Position numbers and translations under genes: made by a program. From assembly GCA_964291415.2 (NCBI GenBank), contig OZ219920.1, positions 64,001 through 128,000 of the forward strand: DNA of 64,000 nt. Reading direction: 5' to 3'. The notes below the pieces were generated by a model that did no database searches, was not told the DNA's origin, and saw only the letters and a list, made by a program, of their open reading frames with translations. The stretch is from Alphaproteobacteria bacterium (lineage in GTDB: Bacteria; Pseudomonadota; Alphaproteobacteria; SP197). Shown here in pieces: positions 1 through 8,864 of the stretch (position 1 is its first letter; each line of letters opens with the position of its first letter).

Positions 1-1705
1 AGCGTGTCTCCTTGCGGAAGAGCGTGTGCTGCATGACGCTTTCCGACGCCAGCAGCCGGTGCCGGAATTCCCATGTCCGCTGCAGCTGGTGAAGATCCTC
101 GGCGCCGATGTGGCGGGCATCGTCCTTCAGCATCTCCATCAGTTCCAGGCCGCGATTGAGCAGCGGTTCGTTGGTCATGTAGTTGACCGTGATGCCGCCG
201 CAATACTCATCCATGAGCTTCTCGAGGCGCTGCAGGGCGTGGAGAGGCAGGATGTAGCTCGGCGAAACCGTTCCAGCCACGATCTCGTTGCGCCCGATAT
301 CGTAGTTTTCGAGCGGCTGGAAGATCTCCGTCTTGAGGCGACCGATTTCCGCCTCGTCGACCAGGGGCTCCTCGCCGGCATCGATGATGTAGTTCACCGC
401 GGCCTTGGCGGCGATCCGGCCCTCCGTGAACGACCCCGACGAGAACTTGTGCGGGGTGCCGCCGCTGGCGTCGCCGGCGCCGAACAGGCCACTGGTGGTC
501 GTCATGCGGTTGTAGCCCCACCGGTACTCGCCCGGCGCATAGTCTTCCGGACCGCTTGCCCAGGCGCCTGAACAGGTGGCGTGAGAGCCCATGACATAGG
601 GTTCCGACGTGGTCAGCTCCGGGTTGGTGTGTTTGGGATCGATGTTCTGCGATGCCCAGACCACGGCCTGGCCTATGGTCATGCCCAGGAAGTTCTCCCA
701 GCCCACCGTCTCCTTGTGCGGATCCTGAAAGGCTTCCGTCGTCACCATGCGGATCGGTCCTCCACCATGGGCGAGTTCCTTCAGCAGGGCATGATTGCGC
801 AGGCACGTCGGGACCGGGTGACGGTCGACATAGTCACCGACCAGTTTCCTGGTGTCGTCGTACCATCTGGATTCATATTCTTCGCCGTAGGCGTTCTGCG
901 TGTAGGTCTTGAGATGCAGGAAGTAGGCGCCGACGGGGCCGTAGCCATCCTTGAACCGGGTCAGGACGATCCGGTTCTCCATCTGCGTCATCTTGGTACC
1001 GATCTGAATGGGCAGGCCGTAGGCCGATGCACTGCTCCAGGGCGCATACCATGTCCTGCCCATTCCTTCGCCGACGGCTCGCGGCTTGAAGATGTGCGAA
1101 GCGCCCCCCGCCGCAATGATCACGGCCTTCGCCCTGAAGACATAGAAGTCGCCCGTGCGGACATTGAAACCCACGGCGCCCGCGGCCCGGTTGGGATCCC
1201 GCTTGTCGACGAGAAGATGGGTCACCATGATCCGGTTGTAGACCTCGGTCGCGGCCTTTCGGGCGGCCTCGGCGACGATGGGCTTGTAGCTTTCGCCGTG
1301 GATCATGATCTGCCATTTGCCCTCGCGCTGATAGCGGCCGGTCTCCGGGTCCCGCATGATGGGAAGACCCCAGTCCTCGAACATGTGGACGGTTGAATCC
1401 ACGTGCCGGCCGATATCGTAGGCCAGATCCTCGCGAACCAGTCCCATCAGGTCATTGCTCGCATAGCGGACAAAGTCCTCAGGCTGATTCTCGCCCCATT
1501 GCATACCCATGTAGCAGTTGATGGCGTAAAGACCCTGTGCGACAGCGCCGCTGCGCTCGATGTTGGCCTTCTCGACGCAAACGACCTTGAGATCACGCCC
1601 CCAGTAGCGGGCTTCGTAGACAGCGCCGCATCCGGCCATGCCGCCGCCGACGACGAGAATGTCGCTAGCGACCTGGATTGTCTTTCTGCGCTTGAAGAGG
1701 CCCAT
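1..1705 (-). CDS. aprA: Adenylylsulfate (APS) reductase alpha subunit, 3'-truncated by window edge
   Basis: Not in the ORF track. Manual translation from ATG 1705 gives MGLFKRRKTIQVASDILVVGGGMAGCG...KANIERSGAVAQGLYAINCYMG...GKWQIMIHGESYKPIVAEAA...PHKFSSGSFTEGRIAAK...LFRKETR. Start overlaps the aprB stop. Confidence 0.97.
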   Translation of the reverse strand, partial: MGLFKRRKTIQVASDILVVGGGMAGCGAVYEARYWGRDLKVVCVEKANIERSGAVAQGLYAINCYMGMQWGENQPEDFVRYASNDLMGLVREDLAYDIGRHVDSTVHMFEDWGLPIMRDPETGRYQREGKWQIMIHGESYKPIVAEAARKAATEVYNRIMVTHLLVDKRDPNRAAGAVGFNVRTGDFYVFRAKAVIIAAGGASHIFKPRAVGEGMGRTWYAPWSSASAYGLPIQIGTKMTQMENRIVLTRFKDGYGPVGAYFLHLKTYTQNAYGEEYESRWYDDTRKLVGDYVDRHPVPTCLRNHALLKELAHGGGPIRMVTTEAFQDPHKETVGWENFLGMTIGQAVVWASQNIDPKHTNPELTTSEPYVMGSHATCSGAWASGPEDYAPGEYRWGYNRMTTTSGLFGAGDASGGTPHKFSSGSFTEGRIAAKAAVNYIIDAGEEPLVDEAEIGRLKTEIFQPLENYDIGRNEIVAGTVSPSYILPLHALQRLEKLMDEYCGGITVNYMTNEPLLNRGLELMEMLKDDARHIGAEDLHQLQRTWEFRHRLLASESVMQHTLFRKETR

Positions 1706-2169
1706 CAGGCCGCTCCCTGCTTGAGGCGTTCGGGATCCAGAACCGGCAGCCCGCCGTCAATATTGAGGAGGTCGGGTTCGTGGGCGAGTTCCTGGGACCT
1801 GAAACGGGAGGCCTCCGGCCTGTCGTACTCGGCGGACGACTTGATCGATCCCCATTTCGTGGTGCGAATGGGCGAGACGAAGTTCTTCTCTTCGCCGTTT
1901 CTGAACTTGACCTTCCAGGAAACGGTGCCCTTGTCTTCTTCGCGGCGTACCCGCACGCTGTGACCGAGCGGTGCAAAGTCCGCATATCCACGCACGTCGA
2001 TGGCGTTCTGCGGACACGCCTTCACGCATGAATAGCACTCCCAGCACATGTTCGGCTCGATGTTGAAGGCGCGACGATAGGTCGTGTCGATGTGCATGAT
2101 GTCGGACGGACAGATATCGACGCAATGTCCGCAACCGTCGCAATGGCTCATGTAGACAAAGGTTGGCAT
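1705..2169 (-). CDS. aprB: APS reductase beta subunit (2x[4Fe-4S])
   Basis: MPTFVYMSHCDGCGHCVDICPSDIM...CWECYSCVKACPQNAIDVRGYADF; directly upstream of aprA. Confidence 0.97.
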   Translation of the reverse strand: MPTFVYMSHCDGCGHCVDICPSDIMHIDTTYRRAFNIEPNMCWECYSCVKACPQNAIDVRGYADFAPLGHSVRVRREEDKGTVSWKVKFRNGEEKNFVSPIRTTKWGSIKSSAEYDRPEASRFRSQELAHEPDLLNIDGGLPVLDPERLKQGAA

Positions 2170-2221
2170 GGTGTCAGGTCAACTCCCAAATCGGAAACCC
2201 GTTCCGCACGGGCCGGTGAGA

Positions 2222-3004
2222 TCAGTAATGGCGTGGCAGCTCCGTGACGCGGCCGAGAACTTCGGGCTTGTCGGCCGGCGGCGGAAGATTGCTTCGCGAT
2301 CCGTCTGCTTCCGCCACGCGCTTCTGGAATGCGATGGCGGGCTTGTAGAACATGTGGGAAAACTTGGACCAGGGCACTGATCCAAAGAGCACCGTGGTGG
2401 CGATGACGTAAAGGCCGAGGAAGACATCGGCCGCCGGGCTTGCCGCCGTCTGGAGGAGTCCCCAGATGAACGCCATCGTCGTGCTGGCCAGGAGCGAAAG
2501 GATGAAGAGGTCGGCGCGTACGATTCGCCATGGGGGATGGCCCTCGGCGGCCACGTCAACCCGGATGAAGAACCAGAACCAGTACCCGCCGCCGCAGACC
2601 ATCACGATGCCGATGTACCAGAGCAGCGGCCAGATGGCGGGAGTCGGCGTCGCCGAAGTCGGGTAGCCGAAGACCATGGCGAGGGTGGCGGCAAGATACG
2701 CCACGAATCCGTACATGGTCAGCAGGTGCGCGATCCTGCGCCGCAGATTGCAGAATTCACCTGAAGCCAGCACGTCGACTGCGGAGGTCTGCACTGCGAG
2801 GGACACCATGTGGGCGCCACTGACCGGCCGGTCGCCCCGATTTCTCGCGTGACGCCAGTTGTCGAAGAAGTAACGGGCGCTCCTCTTGTGGAGCACGTCG
2901 AACAGGGTCCCTCCCACGACGAGCAGGATCATGATGACGACATAGGTTTGCGTGACCGCAGGCGTTACGGGGAGCACTGCAAAGGGATTGCTGGAAAACA
3001 TCAT
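2222..3004 (-). CDS. aprM: APS reductase membrane anchor
   Basis: Multi-TM protein with SGEFCN..RRIAHLLTMYGF and VPWSKFSHMFYKPA; aprMBA gene order. Confidence 0.9.
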   Translation of the reverse strand: MMFSSNPFAVLPVTPAVTQTYVVIMILLVVGGTLFDVLHKRSARYFFDNWRHARNRGDRPVSGAHMVSLAVQTSAVDVLASGEFCNLRRRIAHLLTMYGFVAYLAATLAMVFGYPTSATPTPAIWPLLWYIGIVMVCGGGYWFWFFIRVDVAAEGHPPWRIVRADLFILSLLASTTMAFIWGLLQTAASPAADVFLGLYVIATTVLFGSVPWSKFSHMFYKPAIAFQKRVAEADGSRSNLPPPADKPEVLGRVTELPRHY

Positions 3005-3449
3005 TCGTCCCTGGTTTGACCGAAAGCGAAGGTCGGCGGCGGCATCGGTCCTGGACGCTCGTCACGGGTCCTTCTCGCTGTCCGTGATCTCGTTGCGCGC
3101 GTGCTGCTGCCGCGGTCGCCTGAAGTCGGATCAGCCGGCATGAAGCCACCCTTCCATGCTCTTCTCGTGTTGATGAACCCTGCCGGCCGGACCGGAAGAC
3201 AACGATGGGGCCACTGTGGCCCCTTTCCTCCGTCTTATCAACATGCGGCGTGCGTCGGATCAGCCTTCCGGTGCAGTAGAACGAAGACGGTTGTGGGATT
3301 GCCATGAACACGTGAGACATGACGGTGGCGCGGAAGGTCATTGCGTCCCGGCACCGCCTCTTCCTTACTGCGGGAGCCGTCGCGGCATTGCACATAGGGC
3401 CCGGACCGGATATCTGATCCCGAAGCCACCGGTCGAGAGGCGGCCCACC

Positions 3450-4619
3450 ATGCCAAACCTGGTCTCCCCGCATGGCGGTGGCGCGCTGAAGCCCCTGCTG
3501 CTCCCCGGGGCGGAGATCGCGAACGAGATCGAACGTGCCCGTCGGCTGGTCAAGGTCCCGCTGACCAGCCGGGAGATATCGGACCTCTTCATGCTGGCCA
3601 TGGGCGCCTACACCCCGCTGGCGGGCTTCATGGGGAGAGAGGACTGGTACGGCTGTTGCGTCGACATGGTGACATCCGACGGCGTCTTCTGGCCGGTTCC
3701 CATCACCGTTTCCTGCGACGAGGATCACGCCGGGGGCATCCGCATCGGCGACGAGGTCGCACTGGTGGATGGCGGGACCGGGGAGATCCTGGCGATTCAG
3801 ATGGTCTGCGAAAAGTACACCATCGACCGGGAGCTTGAGTGCCGCGAGGTCTTTCGCACGACGAACGACGCCCACCCCGGCGTCAGGAAGGTCCTGGAGC
3901 AACCCGCGATCAACCTGGGCGGCCCGGTCACGGCGCTCTCCGAGGGTCATTTCCCCCGCACCTACGCCGGGCTCTACTTGCGGCCTGCGCAAACGAGGGC
4001 CATGTTCAAGGCCAGCGGATGGTCCAGGGTCGCGGCCTTCCAGACCCGCAATCCGATGCATCGCAGCCATGAACACCTGGCCAAGATTGCCGTCGAGATC
4101 TGTGACGGGCTTCTCATTCATCAGGTGCTCGGCGCTCTCAAGCCCGGTGACATTCCGGCAGACGTGCGGGTCAATGCGATCAATGCGCTGGTCGAGAACT
4201 ATTTCGTGCCTGGAACGGTCATCCAGGCCGGCTATCCCATCGAGATGCGCTATGGCGGCCCGCGCGAGGCGCTGCTGCACGCAGTCTTTCGCCAGAATTT
4301 CGGATGCACCCATCTCGTGGTCGGCCGCGACCATGCCGGTGTGGGAGACTTCTACGGCCCGTTCGATGCCCACAACATCTTCGATGTCCTGCCGGCCGGC
4401 AGCATGGAAATCCGGCCGCTCAAGATCGACATCACGTTCTTCTGCTACAAGTGCGGCATGGCGACCGGCAGGACCTGCCCGCACGGGGAAGAGGACCGGC
4501 TGGCAATATCCGGAACCCGGCTGCGCGCGATGTTCGCCAATCACGAACCCATTCCCGAAGAGTTCAGCCGGCGCGAGGTGATCGATGTGCTGCAGGCCTA
4601 CTACGACAGCCTTGCCTGA
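3450..4619 (+). CDS. sat: Sulfate adenylyltransferase (ATP sulfurylase)
   Basis: Likely start [10 protein letters not shown] at 3450. Motifs [35 protein letters not shown] and Zn site CYKC...CPH. Confidence 0.96.
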   Translation: MPNLVSPHGGGALKPLLLPGAEIANEIERARRLVKVPLTSREISDLFMLAMGAYTPLAGFMGREDWYGCCVDMVTSDGVFWPVPITVSCDEDHAGGIRIGDEVALVDGGTGEILAIQMVCEKYTIDRELECREVFRTTNDAHPGVRKVLEQPAINLGGPVTALSEGHFPRTYAGLYLRPAQTRAMFKASGWSRVAAFQTRNPMHRSHEHLAKIAVEICDGLLIHQVLGALKPGDIPADVRVNAINALVENYFVPGTVIQAGYPIEMRYGGPREALLHAVFRQNFGCTHLVVGRDHAGVGDFYGPFDAHNIFDVLPAGSMEIRPLKIDITFFCYKCGMATGRTCPHGEEDRLAISGTRLRAMFANHEPIPEEFSRREVIDVLQAYYDSLA

Positions 4620-4680
4620 CAGGGCGCTTTCACCGCCGCGGTCTCGGCAAGGACCGGCGACGGCACAGGGTGGAACCTGA

Positions 4681-5433
4681 ATGATCATCGCCCAGATCAG
4701 CGATACCCACATCGAAGCGAAATCGTCAGCAGGGCCGGCCGGAGCAGACCGGGCGCTCAACCTGAGGCAGTGCGTTGCCGATATCAATCGGCAGAATGTC
4801 GATGCAGTCGTCCACACGGGCGACTGTGTCCATCGCGGCGATCCCGGGGCGTACGCCCACTTGCGCGAAATCCTGGACGATCTGCAAGCACCCCTGTTCA
4901 TCGTTCCCGGCAACCGCGACCGGCGGAGTGACCTGCGCAACGCTTTCGCACATCTCGCCTCGCTTTCCCCACCTGGCGAGTTCGTCCATTACGCGATCGA
5001 CGCGTTTCCCATGCGCTTGGTTGCGCTCGACTCGGTGGTGGACGGCGAACGGAAAGGGGTCTTTTGTGAACGCCGGCGACGGTGGCTGGACGAAACCCTG
5101 GGCGGTGAGCCTGCGAGACCCACGATCCTGTTCATTCATCATCCTCCCTTCGATATCTCGCCGCACTATGTCGGGGGTTACAGGCATTCGAACGAGGCAG
5201 CGGAATTCGAGGCTCTGGTCGCACGTCATCCGCAAGTCGTCAGGCTGCTGTGCGGTCATGTCCATTGCTTTCACCGGGAATCCTGGGGCGGCACCGTCGC
5301 CACAGCCATGCCGAGTGTGGCGGTCGATTTGCGAAAGGGAGTCCATTCCGCCATCGGGGCGCGGCCGCTCTACTTCCTGCATGCCACCACCGCCGACATG
5401 ACTCTCGTCACGCTGACCAGGATTGTCCTGTAA
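4681..5433 (+). CDS. Calcineurin-like metallophosphoesterase (Icc/CpdA/GpdQ-like)
   Basis: ISDTH, HTGD, PGNRD, IHHPP and CGHVH motifs. Confidence 0.85.
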   Translation: MIIAQISDTHIEAKSSAGPAGADRALNLRQCVADINRQNVDAVVHTGDCVHRGDPGAYAHLREILDDLQAPLFIVPGNRDRRSDLRNAFAHLASLSPPGEFVHYAIDAFPMRLVALDSVVDGERKGVFCERRRRWLDETLGGEPARPTILFIHHPPFDISPHYVGGYRHSNEAAEFEALVARHPQVVRLLCGHVHCFHRESWGGTVATAMPSVAVDLRKGVHSAIGARPLYFLHATTADMTLVTLTRIVL

Positions 5434-5568
5434 TGGCGGGCAGATTGAGGAATCGCCATGCGGTCGCGAGACAGGCATCGGTTGAGGTTCCTCCCGTGTC
5501 CAGCGCGACGAGATTCCGGCCTGGGCGGATGACGCCTGCGCACCGTTGCCCGACGAGCCTCATCCCTG

Positions 5569-5600
5569 TTGCGTGTGAACACATCCGGATGTGTTAGGAT
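5569..5600 (+). promoter_or_regulatory. Putative promoter with perfect 18-bp palindromic operator AACACATCCGGATGTGTT (5578-5595)
   Basis: Palindrome seen directly, between a TTGCGT (-35-like) and a TAGGAT (-10-like) hexamer, about 95 nt upstream of the SBP gene. Confidence 0.5.
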
Positions 5601-5691
5601 GCCTTCTGCCGGACCGTGCCGACAGGATCCGGAGAACGACCTCGGAGCGCCCTTCAGCAGGTTTCCGGGACCAACACAGGAGACAGACACC

Positions 5692-6660
5692 ATGAGATTC
5701 CTTCCCAAGATCGCATCAGCTGCGGCTGGTGCACTGCTTGTTGGCGTTGCCGTTTCGGCGAGCGCCCAGTCAATTCCCGAGACGGATGAGCCGATCAAGC
5801 TTGCGATGAACGAGTGGACGGGCCAGCACGTCAGCACGACGGTGGCCGGCGAGGCGCTCAAGCGCATGGGCTACAACGTCGAATACGTGACCGCGGGATA
5901 CTATCCGCAGGTTTCGGCCGTTGCGGACGGCGACATTCACGCGACCCTGGAGATCTGGAGTTCCAACATCGGCGAGGGCTGGGACGAGCACTTCGATTCC
6001 GGCGCGGTCGAGATCGTGGCGCTGTCCGGTCTGAAGCCGCAGGAGGCCTGGTTTGTTCCGGGCTACGTCGTCGACATGTGTCCGGGCCTGCCGAGCTGGG
6101 AGGCGCTCAACGACTGCGCCGACATGTTTGCGACGCCCGAGACGATGCCGTCGGGGCGCTTCCTGGACTATCCGGCGGAGTGGGGCGACAAGAATGCGCC
6201 GCGCATTGCCGCGCTGGGGCTTGACTTCGTGAACATCCCGTCGGGCGGCGAGGGTGCGATCATTGCCGAGATCAAGTCGGCCTACGAGCGCCAGGCGCCG
6301 CTGATCACCATGTTCTGGGAACCGCACTGGATGCACGCCCAGTACGACCTGCAGCGTATCTATCTGCCCGAGTACTTCGAGGGGTGCGAGACCGACGCAT
6401 CGCTGGGCATGAACCCCGACGCCACCCATGACTGCGACTGGGCGGGCGCCGAGATCTGGAAGGTTGCCAATCCGGGTCTCAAGGACAGCCATCCCGGCGC
6501 CTGGGGACTGATCGAGGCCTATTCGATCACCAACCTCGAGCAGGCGCAGATGATGTCGGAGATCGACGACAAGGGCCGCGACCTCATCGAGGTCATCAAC
6601 GAGTGGCTCGACAACAACTCGGAGACGCTCCAGGGCTGGATCGATCACGCGACGATGTAA
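5692..6660 (+). CDS. Glycine betaine/TMAO-type ABC substrate-binding protein (ProX/OpuAC family, TmoX-like), orphan
   Basis: Signal peptide, PIKLAMNEWTGQ, GYNVEYV, LEIW, CPGLPSWEALNDC and FWEPHW. AGGAG RBS before ATG 5692. Confidence 0.85.
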   Translation: MRFLPKIASAAAGALLVGVAVSASAQSIPETDEPIKLAMNEWTGQHVSTTVAGEALKRMGYNVEYVTAGYYPQVSAVADGDIHATLEIWSSNIGEGWDEHFDSGAVEIVALSGLKPQEAWFVPGYVVDMCPGLPSWEALNDCADMFATPETMPSGRFLDYPAEWGDKNAPRIAALGLDFVNIPSGGEGAIIAEIKSAYERQAPLITMFWEPHWMHAQYDLQRIYLPEYFEGCETDASLGMNPDATHDCDWAGAEIWKVANPGLKDSHPGAWGLIEAYSITNLEQAQMMSEIDDKGRDLIEVINEWLDNNSETLQGWIDHATM

Positions 6661-6684
6661 GCACCCCTCAAAGGGGAACCAACC

Positions 6685-6716
6685 GAAAGGCCGGACGGCA
6701 ACGTCCGGCCTTTTTC
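6685..6716. terminator. Rho-independent terminator, probably bidirectional
   Basis: AAAGGCCGGACG-GCAA-CGTCCGGCCTTT-TT between convergent genes. Confidence 0.85.
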
Positions 6717-6738
6717 GCATCCCGGGAACGGGTTGCAA

Positions 6739-8754
6739 TCACCCCGCCCGGGTGAGCACCAGATTGTGACATTCGTCGCTGGTGGCGGACCAGCCGTCCG
6801 GAACCGCGATGGTGGCCGTCTCGTCCTCGATCAGAGCCGGTCCGGCGAGCGCCGCACCGGGGGTCATGGCGCCCCGGTGACCGATCATGCCGTCGCGCCA
6901 TCCCCCCTGATCATGGTAGCGCCAGGGCGTGAAGGGGACCGTCTCGTCACCCGGTTCCTCCTTCAGCGCCGGCACGTCCTCGAGCGGCGCCGACACGCCA
7001 AGACGGAAGGCGACGATCTCGATGGGTCTGGAGGCATCTCCGCCATGCATGAAGACCCTGTGATGCTCATCGGCAAAGAGTGTCCTGAGTCCACCGGCCG
7101 TCAGGCCTGCCGGCGGGTCGATGGGAACCGCCACCTCGAACGCCTGGCCGACGAATCTCATGTCGGCAAAGAACGAGATGCGCGGCCGGGACCCGAGGCC
7201 CATCAGGACAAAGCGTTCGGTCGCGCGCTTCTTCATGTCGCGATAGACCTCGGCTATGGCGCCGGGCGCCGCATCGTCGAGGAGCATCTTGCGGGTGACC
7301 GTGGAGAATTGCTGGTAGTCGGAGGCGATGAGACCATAGGCCGACAGCACGCCGGCATGGGGTGGCACGACGACGGTGGTCATGCCGAGGTCCGCGGCAA
7401 CATGCGCCGCATGGAGGGGACCGGCGCCGCCGAAGGCGACAAGAGCGTGGTCCCTCGGATCCTTGCCGCGTTCGGTGGAGACAATCTGCATGGCGCGTAC
7501 GATGGAGGCGTTGGCGACCCGGATGGCGGCATCGGAAATGTCTTCGAGGCCCATGGCGAGGGAGTCTGCCAGGGGCTGGAAGGCCTCGCGCGACGCGTCC
7601 TCGTCGATGGCCATGCGCCCGCCGAGAAAGGACTCGGGTCTCAGCGTGCCGCGAATGACATGGGCATCGGTGACCGTTGGCCGTGTTCCGCCGCGGCCAT
7701 AGCAGGCCGGGCCGGGATCGGCCCCGGCACTCACCGGACCGGCGCGCAGCATGCCTCCGTCGTCGATCCATATGATCGATCCGCCGCCGGCGCCAATCGT
7801 GTTGATGTCGATGATCGGCGTGCGCACCGGAAGGCCGTCAAGAGAGAACTCGGCGGTGAGTTCGGGTTCCCCGGCGGTCACGAGACAGACGTCGGTGGAG
7901 GTCCCTCCCATGTCCAGGGTCACGAGATCCCGGTAGCCGGACCTGCCGGCCTGGCGGATGGCGCCGGTGACGCCTGCGGCCGGCCCCGAAAGCAGGGAGG
8001 TGATCGCGTTGCGTCTCATGCCCTCTGCCGGCAGGCGGCCGCCGTTCGACTGCATGACGGAAAAACGCCCGGCGAATCCGTCCTGCGAGAGGCGCCTCTC
8101 GAAGCGTTCGAGATAGCGGTTGATAACCGGCTGGACATAGGCTGACAGAGTCGTGGTCGATGCCCGCTCGTACTCCCGGAATTCCCGGGTGACGGTTGAC
8201 GAACAGGCAATCTCGATGTCCTGGCAGTTGCGGGCAATGATCGACTGCAGCTCCTCCTCGTGAATCGGATTGGCGTAGCCGTTCAGCAGGCAAATGGCGA
8301 CCGCCTCGTAGCCGCCTTCGCGCAGACGGGGGACGAGGTCGCGTTCGACGACCGCGGTGTCGAGCGGTACCAGCACGCTGCCGTCGGCGAGAATCCTCTC
8401 CGTCACCTCGAATGAGTCCCGCCGACGAACCACAGGCTGCGGCTTGCGGTAGGTGAGGTCGTAGACACGGCTGCGGTTGTGCCGCTGCATGATGAGGATG
8501 TCGCGGAAACCACTGGTCGTGATGAAGGCGATGCGGGCGCCCTTGCGCTCGAGCACCGCATTGGTGGCAATCGTCGAGCCATGCACCAGGTCATCGATCC
8601 CCGATACCGGCACCGTCGATTCGATGATCGCATTGAACGCGCCCTCGTCCGGATTCTCGGGGACGGAGGGCACCTTGGCAATGGTGATGGCGCCGTCGGC
8701 GTCAATCGCCACCAGGTCCGTAAAGGTTCCTCCGACCTCGACTCCCACACGCAT
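6739..8754 (-). CDS. Hydantoinase/oxoprolinase A subunit (ATP-binding)
   Basis: VEVGGTFTD, HGSTIATNA, EFREYERASTT, LLSGPAAGV, DMGGTSTDV, IGAGGGSI, SAGADPGPACY. Confidence 0.93.
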   Translation of the reverse strand: MRVGVEVGGTFTDLVAIDADGAITIAKVPSVPENPDEGAFNAIIESTVPVSGIDDLVHGSTIATNAVLERKGARIAFITTSGFRDILIMQRHNRSRVYDLTYRKPQPVVRRRDSFEVTERILADGSVLVPLDTAVVERDLVPRLREGGYEAVAICLLNGYANPIHEEELQSIIARNCQDIEIACSSTVTREFREYERASTTTLSAYVQPVINRYLERFERRLSQDGFAGRFSVMQSNGGRLPAEGMRRNAITSLLSGPAAGVTGAIRQAGRSGYRDLVTLDMGGTSTDVCLVTAGEPELTAEFSLDGLPVRTPIIDINTIGAGGGSIIWIDDGGMLRAGPVSAGADPGPACYGRGGTRPTVTDAHVIRGTLRPESFLGGRMAIDEDASREAFQPLADSLAMGLEDISDAAIRVANASIVRAMQIVSTERGKDPRDHALVAFGGAGPLHAAHVAADLGMTTVVVPPHAGVLSAYGLIASDYQQFSTVTRKMLLDDAAPGAIAEVYRDMKKRATERFVLMGLGSRPRISFFADMRFVGQAFEVAVPIDPPAGLTAGGLRTLFADEHHRVFMHGGDASRPIEIVAFRLGVSAPLEDVPALKEEPGDETVPFTPWRYHDQGGWRDGMIGHRGAMTPGAALAGPALIEDETATIAVPDGWSATSDECHNLVLTRAG

Positions 8755-8864
8755 GGCTCAATCCCTGGTTGCCGGACAGCGCAGTGTAGCCGATGAGTGC
8801 CGGCCGCGTCGCAACGGTTTCAAGGCTGGTGTCGCCGCCTCCTCATGGACCGGGAGGGGACCGA

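Noticed and set aside
2757-4940. Long antisense ORFs (727 aa here; also 41262-44084, 46756-48660, 60934-63138, 51784-53508)
   Set aside because: Shadow frames of well-supported genes in high-GC DNA, with no family motifs.
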